DNA of 64,000 bases from Thalia democratica (Eukaryota), in the NCBI GenBank assembly GCA_965202585.1, contig OZ241830.1:80910001-80974000 (forward strand), written 5' to 3'. The position numbers and the translations under genes are program-made. Under the pieces are notes generated by a model. That model had not been told where the DNA came from and did no database searches. It worked only from the letters and a program-made list of their open reading frames with translations. The stretch's first letter is position 1, and each line of letters begins with the position of its first letter. Below, piece by piece: positions 1-10,800 of this stretch.

Positions 1-560
1 ACCTTCCACCTACGATGCCTTCGTCGCATCCTTGGAATTACATGGCAGCAAAAGATCACCAATGAGGAAGTATTGAGACGTACTGGTCTTACCACTATGT
101 ACTTTACCCTCAGTCAGCGCAGGCTTCGCTGGCTCGGTCATATCCTGAGAATGAATACTGAGCGGATCCCAAAGTTTCTATTGCATGGCGAGTTGGTCGT
201 TGACAAACGTTTAATTACGTTTTAAGAATGTATGCAAGCGCGACCTAAAAAGCTTGAACATTGAAACTGATGATTGGGAGTTGCTTGCAAATGACCGTGC
301 CAAATGGAGATCAACTATACACAAAAGACTGCAAGAAAGAGAAAAGGAATATTTTAGAAAAACGAAGAAGAAGATGAAGAAATAAGAAGCAGAATGAATT
401 TAATTGTTTTTTTGTGTGTTTGTGTTTTGTTTATTGCATCACTGTGTATGTTTTTTTTTTTTAAACATGTAATTTTTTTATTTTTTTTTCTCTGTGCACA
501 ACACGCATAGCCGATCTCGGCTGATAGCGGGCCTTATTACTTATTATTATATATCATTAT
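1..560 (+). mobile_element. 3' end of an RTE-clade non-LTR retrotransposon (C-terminus of ORF2, frameshifted, plus 3' UTR and TAT-rich tail)
   Basis: From base 1 reads TFHLRCLRRILGITWQQKITNEEVLRRTGLTTMYFTLSQRRLRWLGHILRMNTERIPKFLLHGEL, then after a frameshift near 210 LRFKNVCKRDLKSLNIETDDWELLANDRAKWRSTIHKRLQEREKEYFRKTKKKMKK* (stop 383-385). These are the typical post-RT motifs of RTE/BovB-like LINEs (LRRILGI.W, RLRW.GH..RM, WE..A.DR..WR). TTA/TAT-rich tail at about 535-560. Confidence 0.85.
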
Positions 561-1014
561 TTTTTGTGTGTCTAAACTTTGTCTTGGTTGCATCACTATT
601 TGCACATGTTTTATTCTAATTAGCTCTTAAGTTTCTCCTGCTCTGATTTTCCTCTTTATCTAATCCAGACTTGTGTAAAAGAACTGTCAGATGCTATTTT
701 CTTCTTACTTTTTTAGAAGAAATAGGAGATACAAGCTCTTGACTAAAATGAAACCAACAAAACAATACAACAGCTACAATTAGTTAATTTTTATTTTTAA
801 CAAAAAAAATGAATTAAAATAATAAAACTATTTTTGGTAATTATATTTTAATAATGGTTAGAATTTTATTTTATAATCTAGTTTTTACTTTTATTTATAT
901 GAAAAACTTTTGATTAATTTTTGGTTTAATTGTTTAGTTTATTCATTTTGACTATTTTAATTATTATTATATCTTTTTTATTTATTTAATTATCTAATTC
1001 ATTTATTTTGTCTA

Positions 1015-1337
1015 CGGGTAATTCTGACCGGTCCCTGGGCAGGATACAAAATCCGTGCAAAATTAACCCTTCGTGCGAAATTGTCTCTCGTGCAAAATGA
1101 CCCTTCGTGCAAAAGTTTCTGCGTGTAAAATTATCTGCTCGTGCAAATATATCCCATCGTGCAAAAGTGAACCTTCGTGCAGCTTTGTCTACCTGCAACT
1201 TTATCTTTGTGCAATTTTGTGATCTCGTGCAAATTAGTCTTTGTGCAAAAGTATCTTCGTGCAACTTTGTGTTTTCGTACAATTTTGTCCCCTTGTGCAA
1301 TTTTGTACGCTCGCGCAATTTAGACAGCTACCCAGCT
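1015..1337 (+). mobile_element. Half of a non-autonomous element with tandem subterminal (T/C)TCGTGCAAAA-type repeats; same family as 56545-57092
   Basis: Repeated cgtgcaa(a/t) units at about 20-bp spacing, ending in gcaatttagacagctaccc, which resembles the reverse complement of the 56545 terminus (gggtagctttcaaaactgc). No TSD found. Confidence 0.6.
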
Positions 1338-2074
1338 TCATTAGCTATAAAATCCACCTTAATATCGTTTTGATACGTGTGTGTACAACACCAACCGCCC
1401 GCTTTACGGAATTGTGAAAGATTTAATTAATTTGGTATACACTTTTAGCTTTCATTGCGGAAAAGACTACGTAGGTCTCAATATTCTCATTTCAGCATGT
1501 TACTTTTAATGACGACGTTAAGAACAATCATCCATCCATGAACACCTCCTCGATAACCCTAGTTGTGCTGAACTACCTGGATAGTGGATTAGAAATTCTA
1601 TCCAGGACAAGAAACACTTACCATCTCTCAGCTCTAAAATCATTGTTCAATAGTCGGCCGAAAGTTTGCAATAAAAAAAGGCTTGTTTTTATATCGCTTT
1701 TTGTAATTTTTACCTTTTAATCCAGTTTCAGGTATAACTTCTACAGTCTTAAATGTTTTTATTCTACTAATTCAATCTTAAATATAACTTCAAACTATTA
1801 AAGTATAACTTAATCCTAATTCAAATCTTTTCACAGATTTTTACACTTGACTCTTTATGTCATGACTATTTTTAGCTAGATATTTTAAAGTCCTTATACT
1901 TAACTAAAGTTTTTAATATACTTTTGTCAGTTTTTAGCAACAATATTCTGATGATGCGCTAAAATAAATAAATAAAAAATTTCTGTACTTTGAAATTTAG
2001 TGATTTGTATTTAAACTTTCTAGTAGACATCATAAACATGAATAAATTTAAAGAAAGTATCATCCGTTTCTGGG

Positions 2075-4658
2075 GGTTTACTATCATTTCTAACTCGTTA
2101 TCATTTCTAACCCAGCCATTTCTAACCCGATCACTTCTAACCCGATTTAACCAAATCATTTCTAATCCGAATATTTCTAACCCGATCTAACCTGACAATT
2201 ATCAACCCGATCTGTAGTAATATGTTTATTTATTATTGTTTCAAAATAAGGATTTGTTTCAAAAACAAACTAATCTCAACTTAAATTAAATTTAGTTTAT
2301 TTTGTTTATAATAAAACTAAATGTTCAGATAGCTTTTGTTAAAATTTATTTTTTGGTTTAACAATAAGGTTCAAAAATGGATTATAAATTAACTGCAGTT
2401 AATTAGTTTTTAAAAGAATTTGGAAAAGTATAAGTCTTTTGTATTCTAAAGATTAAATATTAAGGTTTGATAGTCGTCAATATAAAAAATATTATGAGTA
2501 TTGCAGCCGTTAATAACTATTCTGTACTTTTTCTTTGAAGAGATTCTACATGGTTGCTGTACATTTTTCAAGTATGGAGACCAGATTAACTAGTTACATT
2601 CAAATTTCAGGCGAATTTATATGAAATACAACTTTGTAAGAATATTGATATCAGTCTGTATGAAACTTGTAATAATACAATTAATAAAATTAATTACTCG
2701 TAATTAAGATGGTAGTTTCATTAAAAATTATTATCATTAAATAAGTTTTCGAAACGAAAGTGTATACTGTTTAATACAAAGTCAAAAGTAGAGGTAGTTT
2801 TTTTTTAATATTTAGAACCTGTAGTTTACTAGAACTTAAATTTAATTTTCTTTCTTTTAGCCAATGGTAAATTATATCTAAAGATTTAATAACAAATTTT
2901 GTACAATAAACTTCACCTAAAAGTTAAGTTTCGAAAACTTATTATTTAGATTTTTTCTTTTTTCTTTTAAAATATGATGTATATAGAGCAAAATAAGTTT
3001 ACATTTTTTATAAAAATTTATTTTTTCAAAATTTAAAATTGCAAAGACAATTTTTCACGATTATTATTAAAAATTTATTTAGTAATTTTCTTTATATCTT
3101 TTAAAAGTTATTATTTCACAAGTTTCCTGAAATACAAAAACCTTAAGATTTCTAGACGATCATTAAATATGAAGTATAAGTATAAGTTATTAGATTAATT
3201 TATATAACTTAAAAACTTATGATGGAATAATAAAAACAGTTAGTATTGTGAAACCTATTATATAGGTTTTAATTTCTAATGAAACAAAATATTATTTATA
3301 TTTCATTTGTTATAAGTTATGATATTTATATAAATTTAGAGATGCAAAAAAATAGACTTCAAGCTGCCTTTACTGTAATAAATAAAATGTAAATATGTTG
3401 CGTATAATAATCATCAGATAAAATAGTTGACTAAAGGAAACAAAAAACTATGAACTTCTGCTCCTAATTATACTTAATTTAACTATAATTAATTTATTAC
3501 TCTATTTCAAAATGTTTTTCATTACTTATTTCGTTTTAGTTACGTTATTTCAACTGTTTATAATGAAGTAAATTTTAAAGAAATGTTTGTCAACTAAAGT
3601 ACTAATTTAAGTCGTAATTGAAACATTTCGTAAATTATATAAATTTAAGTGAAGGTTTTAAAAAAGATTACCTAGGCAAGATTAATTACACTCGGACTTG
3701 TTACACAAATAAACATGTCTATTTACATATTAGTGACTTTTTTTGATCTGGGACTAAGGTAGAATTTATTAATGATGTGAAATAAAAACGATCAATTGTC
3801 GTAACATACTTTTGCTGATCTTTATATGACATAACTGTTTTAATAGCTAGATTATATCTAAAAATCATACTTTTCCACTTCAAAAGTAAAAATATTAAAT
3901 AGTATTTAGTTTTTCCTGATACTTGTTTGAATTTAACCAATAGATTTACATCATACATTTACGTCAAACTTACAATCTAGTCTTTAGACCGTAATGTAAA
4001 TGTTTTTGTATCTGAATATTACAATTCTAAAGGGTTACTATTTAAATTTTGCTTATGTTGAAATTATTTAAGTCACGTGAATTACAATAAGATCCAACTT
4101 AAGTATAGTTATAACTGCTTACTTTAAAATCCTAAAAAGAACAGTTCAAAATATTGTAAAGCAAACGGTTTAGTAAATTGTATTTGAATAAGTAAAAACG
4201 TCTGTTAAAGTGTATTAGGAAAACAAAAAAATATGAAATAATAAAAAAAAATGAAACTATGTGTAGAATGAAAAATCAAAAAAAAATGAGGTAATAGAAA
4301 CAAACTAAAATTATATTAAGTTAGTACTAAAAACATTTTTTACTTAACACATTGAAATCATTATGTTTTAAAGTATTAAAAATTAAAAAAAAAGAAAATT
4401 AATAATCTCATTATAACTAGTTTGTTTTTGCATGAAACCCAGATTTTAAAAAAAATAAACAAGTAAAAATGAGTTAAAAACGATCAGGTTAGAAGTGAAC
4501 GGGTTAGAAGTGATCGGGTTAGAAATGATCTGGTTAGAAGAGATCGGGTTAGAAATGATCAATTAGAAGTGATCGGGTTAGAAGTGATCAGGTTAGAAGT
4601 GATCAGATAAGAAGTGATCGGGTTAGACATGTAAGCTGGTTAGAAATGATCGGCTCCC
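2075..4658. mobile_element. Foldback/Mutator-type non-autonomous DNA transposon (about 2.58 kb) with inverted 15-bp tandem subterminal arrays and a 9-bp TSD
   Basis: Left array of GATCACTTCTAACCC-like units (about 2081-2215) and inverted right array (about 4482-4653). TSD gtttctggg (2066-2074) / gtttctagg (4659-4667). The uninterrupted site with a single gtttctggg is present in the paralogous segment near 8093. No transposase ORF seen inside. Confidence 0.85.
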
Positions 4659-5149
4659 GTTTCTAGGTAGCGCAAAGCACAAATGTAAATCTTCTTTGTA
4701 TCTTTATAAAGTGTTGGCGTGTTGTTATGGCAGTCGGTTTTCTATATTCTTTTTTATTTATCATTTAAAATCTCAGTAAAAGACCACATCTAAACCTACT
4801 AAAATAAAATAAAAAAAAAGTTTTTGGTTAATTAACGGTTTTTATTTTTTCACCTTATTCTAAAGATTTCACAGGCTCCAATAAGCCAGAACTTAACAAG
4901 GTCACAGTTTTCAAATCATTAACAAATTAGTACTTGCTGCTTAGTTCCAGTTACTACACAAAAATTCTGTAGGACTTATTGGACTCACTAATTCGTGTAC
5001 AACTTATATTTTATTTGCAATTTTTATTGTTGTTTGGATTAACTTGCGTAATTATTAAAAATAGCTTTAGAATATTGTTATTAGTATAACAGCATTTGAA
5101 TAACGTTAGAATAAAGAGTAACCTTATTGCAAATATATGATTTACTTTT

Positions 5150-5550
5150 ATTTCTAACCCGCGATTATTTCTTACCCGATTATTTCTTATCCGATCAAAT
5201 CTAACCTGGTCACTTCTAAACTGATCATTTCTAACCTGATCACTTCTAACCCGATCACTTCTAACCTAATCACTTCTAACCCGATTAAATCTAACCTGAT
5301 CATTTCTAACCCGATCACTCTAACCTGAATACTTCTAAACTGATCATTTTGAACCCGATCACTTCTAACCTGATCAAATCTAACCTGATCACTTCTAAAC
5401 CGAACATTTCTAACCCGATCACTTCTAACCTGATCACTTCTAATCTGATCATTTCTAACCCGATCACTTCAAACACGATCATTTCTAACCTGATCACTTC
5501 TAACACAATCATTTCTAATCGCCATCGTTTTTGACCAGATCACTTTTAAA
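5150..5550 (+). repeat. 15-bp minisatellite (GATCACTTCTAACCC consensus, about 25 degenerate units), orphan array of the foldback family
   Basis: Same unit as the arrays at 2081-2215 and 4482-4653. No inverted partner found in the window. Followed by an AGGGTTGCC MITE end at 5556. Confidence 0.85.
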
Positions 5551-7940
5551 CCGAAAGGGTTGCCACTGACTTTTGGCAATTTCTCCATGTTTTCAAAATT
5601 TCTTCTAGGCCTTCAAAAGTAATTTTTACGTTTCAACAGATACTAAAACAAGTTAAAGTTTCTATCTACATCAAGAGAAAAAGTTAAATACATAGATAAA
5701 ATAAATTTAACCGAGAAATCATTTCAAGTTAATAAATCATGTATTGACAACACATATTCAATAATCCATTCGGTAGTGAAACTTAGTAACAGTTTGTAAA
5801 TGTAATATGAATTCATGTAACAATAAACAATTTAAAATGGTTTGGTATGCAGTTATAAAAAAAATAATCTTACAAAGTACAAACTTTTTTGTATAAGCGA
5901 ATACAAAACACTTTTGAAACGTCCTAAATAGAGGTTTTTATCACATAAATTACAAAACTAGTTTAAAAATGTAAGTTGAGCATGTTTAGTACAATAAATG
6001 AACATTTAGGCTAAACTACAAGGAGCATTTAAAACGAGTTTAAAGTAGTTTTAAGCAAACTATTTTATAAATATATGAGTCTGTATCTTATGTTTGTTTT
6101 ATTAATTCATTTTTTGATTTATCACATTTAAACTATGTTTAAATTTTTTGTAGTTTATTAAATAGTTTTATTTTTTAATTTCAGTTTGATTTTACTAGTA
6201 GTAAGTAGCAAGGAAGAAAAGCTAAGTAGATAGTGTTATTAATGTAGAATAATAGTTATTAAAAAGCTAATAAATGCTTAAGTCTTGCAGTCTTGCAGTT
6301 TTATAACAAGTGCTATGGTTTATGTTGCCATATTTACAAAAAATTAATAAAATTAATTTTTAATTAAATTTGTTTTATTTACAATCTTTACTGTTGAAGT
6401 AAACAGTATGTTTTTATTTTGGTTTTATTTGTAATTCTACAAAATAGATTTATAACTAATTAGTTATTACATCATATATTTCTTGAACTTAAATTTAAGA
6501 ATATAATTGCAGTGCAGATATTTATAAAAAAATTCTTAAAGTTATGAAATTTATAATACCAAAATCTGAAATTCTCAAAACAGGTTCGATGGTTAAGGTG
6601 CCGTACTTATTTAAACTGAAATATCGCAACTGCTAGTATCCACATCATTATCAAAGTTTTCTCTGTCAATTAGTGATCTATCTTTATCCAAATCCTTTTT
6701 TAAATTATTATCTTGCCGAAAACGGACAACCTTTTTTCGAATTATCCGGCCGTAATCCGATCCAGATCTTATTTTTTAATTGAGATCCGACCGGATCCGG
6801 ATCCTAATTATTTTATGTAATCTTAGTAGATAAAAAACTTACAAAAATTAATCATAATAATTCTTTTATATAGAAATTATCTTGTAAAATATACTCTAAA
6901 CTTTCAAAAAAGAGCCAATGCTATATTTTAAAAAAAAGTTAAGATTCCCTATGGCCTTAAAAAATAAATATATGGTCATAAGCTTCTAAATTTTTTTTTA
7001 ACTTTTAGGTACTTTTTCTACTAATGCACGAATCAGTTTCTAAAAATTTGAGGTCAATTTATTAAAAATTAAGAAGAAGACAGAATTTTAGTAATTTATT
7101 TTTAAATTTTATTTCACCTATGAAAAATTGTTCTCAATTGATTGTTACCCGTGGAACCTCCTCCATCTTTTTAAAGCGAAATACTTCAAACTATTTTACA
7201 AAGACAAATTTTAATTGTATGAGCAAAAAAAAAATTGTAATTAAGGTCATTATAGGGAGGGGTCAATCAATTTTGTAAAGAAAATTGAATAATATGTGTA
7301 AAATTAAAACTTATGTATTAACTAAAAGTCTATCTGAATAAATACAAAAATTTTAAACTTTGACAGAATAGATTACATATAAAGTTATCTAATTAATCAC
7401 TATCAATATTTAAAGTTTTTAGTTTTTTACAATAAAAAAACTTTTATGGTTTGTACCTATAAGCTTTTAAAAAGGGATGTATACATTAATTAAATATATT
7501 TTATAAATAGTGAGAGCTTAAACTAAACAAATGGACTTAAAATACTATAATATACACATTATAATTAAATTCTTAGATTAAGCTAACATCAATATTATTT
7601 ATTTATGTGCTGTTAACTATGTCATCATTACTACTGTTTATAACTTGAAGTATTGTAAGATTTTATTGGTTCACTCAAAAATTTTTAACATAAGACAATA
7701 TTTTTAACAATTTTAAGTATCTTTAAGTTATATTTTTAAATTTAAATTAAATTCAAATAGACAATTTAAATATTTTTAACAATAAATAATTAAAACATAA
7801 GACTATTAAGCTGTTAGCATCAATTTGAACGGTTGAATGATTCTATCTCATTGAAAAAAGCTATACTTCGTGCTCAGTAGAGCGAAGCCACCCGTAGCTC
7901 ACGGCAATTCTCCTTTATGCCCGAAAACAACATTTTATGC

Positions 7941-8353
7941 TATACTTTTGTCAGTTTTTAGCAATTTTATTCTGATGATGCGCTAGAAGAAATTAATTAG
8001 AAATTTTTCTGAACATTGAAAATGAGTGACTTTGATATTAACTTTCTAATAGACAACCACAACAGAAATAAACTTAAAGCTAGTATCAGCCGTTTCTGGG
8101 TTGAGCAAAGCACAAATGTAAACCTTCTTTGTATTTGTACAAAGTGTTCACATGTTGTTATGGCAGTTGGTTTTCTATATTCTTTTTTATTTGTCATTTA
8201 AAAGCTTGGTAAAAACCACAACTACATCTACTAAAATTAAAAAATAAAGGTTTTGGTTAGTTAACGATTTTTTTCATCTTATTCTAAAGGTTGCACAGGC
8301 TCCAATAAACCAGTCTAACTTAACAAGGTCACAGTTTTCAAATCATTAACAAA
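7941..8353. repeat. Direct duplication of 1917-2074 + 4668-4926 (empty-site copy)
   Basis: Colinear match from tatacttttgtcagtttttagcaa to cacagttttcaaatcattaacaaa in both places; the first copy is split by the 2075-4658 element. Confidence 0.9.
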
Positions 8354-10455
8354 GATTTGTAAAATCTGGTTTAAATAAATTTTAAATGACAAAACAAAAC
8401 ATTTCATAACTAGTTGTACTTCTAATTAAAAGTAAACTGTAAAATAACGTTTAAATATGTTGTAAGTTTGATTAAACTTATGAAAATAAATACATAAAAA
8501 ACTATGTTTCCGATTACTAAATTTATGTTTTGATAAAAATCGATTACATTCAAGTTTTTTTTGTTTATAAATAAAAAGATTAAAGATTGCTTGTCCAATT
8601 TTTTAGTTAAAACGTGCTAAAAACTTTTATGCTAAAAATATAATCTGGTCTAAAGTGTTTTAAGTAAAACTATATAAATAAACTGTTATTTTAGTATAAA
8701 CCGTATACTTGTCTTAAAAATTAAATTATATCGTCGAAGTTTTATAAGCTTTTTCAAGGTTTTGTTTTAGTTAAAGTTTTTAGAAACCATAGATGCCATT
8801 TGGCCGTCATATTATGGTCGAATACTTTTTTTTCTCAAGTCTAGACTGTTGTTAATAAAACATCATTGTATCTTGCAGTTATAAATCTTGTATATTTTTT
8901 AGTTTTAATTGGTCAAACATCAAAACATGATAATACACGTAAGAAACCACTGTATTTACAAAAAGTTTTCAAAAACTTGCGAGTTATGGCAATCGTGCTC
9001 TAATAATATGTAAAAAAATGTGTGACTAAGTATATTATAAATGTAGATGGCAGCTATATAAGTTTAAAAAGTAATAACAAATATTTGGTGCAAAATACTT
9101 TACCAAGGTGATAAGAAGAAAAGTAGCAAAGTCAAAAAAAAAGTTTACTTGTGCAATTAATATTTAAATGATGCGAATGGTAAAATAAGTTTTTACTTTT
9201 TGCTTCTTATATGAACTAGCGTATTTTCACAACGATTGATGCCAGAAATGTTGTATGAATATATATCAGTCGTTATGCTAATATTTTGTCAAAATGGTTA
9301 TGCAAGTCTGAATAGAAACTTTTTAAAATAAAAGTTTAACCAACAGAGAATATAGATTGTGAATAATTTCCGAAAATAAGGGTAGTTCTCATTCTTCAAA
9401 TTATAAACATCTTTAATGCTGGACATCATCTAGACTTCGTTTTGACTATAATCAAACTTGTTTTTGACTCGTTTTTATTTTTATTAAAACAGTTTTATTT
9501 ATTTTTAAAAGATACTATAATTAATAATTACATGTTTTTAACTTTTTTTAACGTCGTAAAATTAAAGGTAGAATGTACGTAACACTTTTTCAACAAGTAC
9601 ACAACGCAATTGTATTAAAAGTTAAATTAAATGAGCCTTATGAAAAATCTTTTTTTTCTTTTAACTATTTTTTTAACATAAATAAAACTTTAAAACTATA
9701 TTTACATTAAAAAATACCGATTTTTAACCCAAGTAAACGACTGATCTGAAAAATTGAGATTTGAAAAGTAATTTTTGTTTTATTTTTATTAATACTATTT
9801 TACCGTGTGTATGCGGAGCTCTGCTACTTGCAACTTGCGAAAAAGTCATTTTGGTGGTTTTTTAGCCTAACTCAGCCACTAGAAGGAATCAAGAGTAATT
9901 ACTGTTGGCGCTCACTTTGTCCATCTAAGAATATATGGTGTGGCCTATTAGTCTATCAAGAAAAATTAGCGCTTTTAATAGCTCTTTTATTCAGTTTTTT
10001 ATTTTAATTATTTTGATATCAAATAGATATTTTATGCAGGATTGGCTTTGAGAAAAGACGTAGTAAAGACTTGTCAGTGGCATAAATTAAAACATAAATT
10101 TAGTTAATCTTATTCTAGAATAGAATTCGTTTTTTAATTAATCGATGTTATATTTTCTATATTTTACTGAGATCATACAAGTGTTGAAAGTTGTTGTGTT
10201 AGCCATTGCATTCAGTAATCAATTTAAAGAGTTTTAAGGAAAATTAACTTTGTTAAATGTTTACCAGACTTAAGTTTAAATTATTATCAGACTGAAGTAG
10301 GTAAGTTTATACTTGTGTATATAATTACTTATTTAGACTGTTTTTTTATTTTAAGTATTGATCTTGCAAAATACTACTTGTAGAACTTTTTTTTTAAACT
10401 TTCCTATATCTTTTTTGTCTATTTAGTATTGTTATCACATTTTATTACTTTAAAG

Positions 10456-10800
10456 CAGGGTTTCCCAAACTTTTTTGCAAATGGCCCCCTTTAAAGAAAT
10501 TGAAAAAACAATGGCCCCCTTCAACAAGATTACTCATAAACTACGATAAAAAATACCGAAGACCTTTTTTTTTGCTCTTCGTCTGCAACTCAAGAATATC
10601 TAGTGTAAGTTTCTAAACTACTATTAAATACACTTAAGACCTTTTTTTTTTGCTCTTCGTCTGCAACTCATGAATATCTAGTGTAAGTTTCAAGTTATGG
10701 CCTCATGCCCCCCCCCCTGTGGCTCCTTTACTGCTCATGGCCCCCTGAGTATCTGTCATGGCCCTCTAGGGGGCCACTTGGCCCACATTGGGAAACCCTG
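10456..10800. mobile_element. hAT-type MITE (345 bp) with internal tandem duplication
   Basis: TIRs cagggtttcccaa / ttgggaaaccctg; perfect 8-bp TSD ctttaaag (10448-10455, 10801-10808); internal repeat of gctcttcgtctgcaactca(a/t)gaatatctagtgtaagttt. Confidence 0.92.

Noticed and set aside
1622-1740. 119-nt minus-strand internal exon (VIPETGLKGKNYKKRYKNKP...)
   Set aside because: Closed in all three phases as written; open only if a T7 run were T6, which cannot be verified here.
986-5534. ORFs 986-1318, 1107-1373, 1959-2190, 5315-5534, and 56490-56684 elsewhere
   Set aside because: Produced by tandem subterminal repeats of non-autonomous transposons; periodic peptides with no coding signal.
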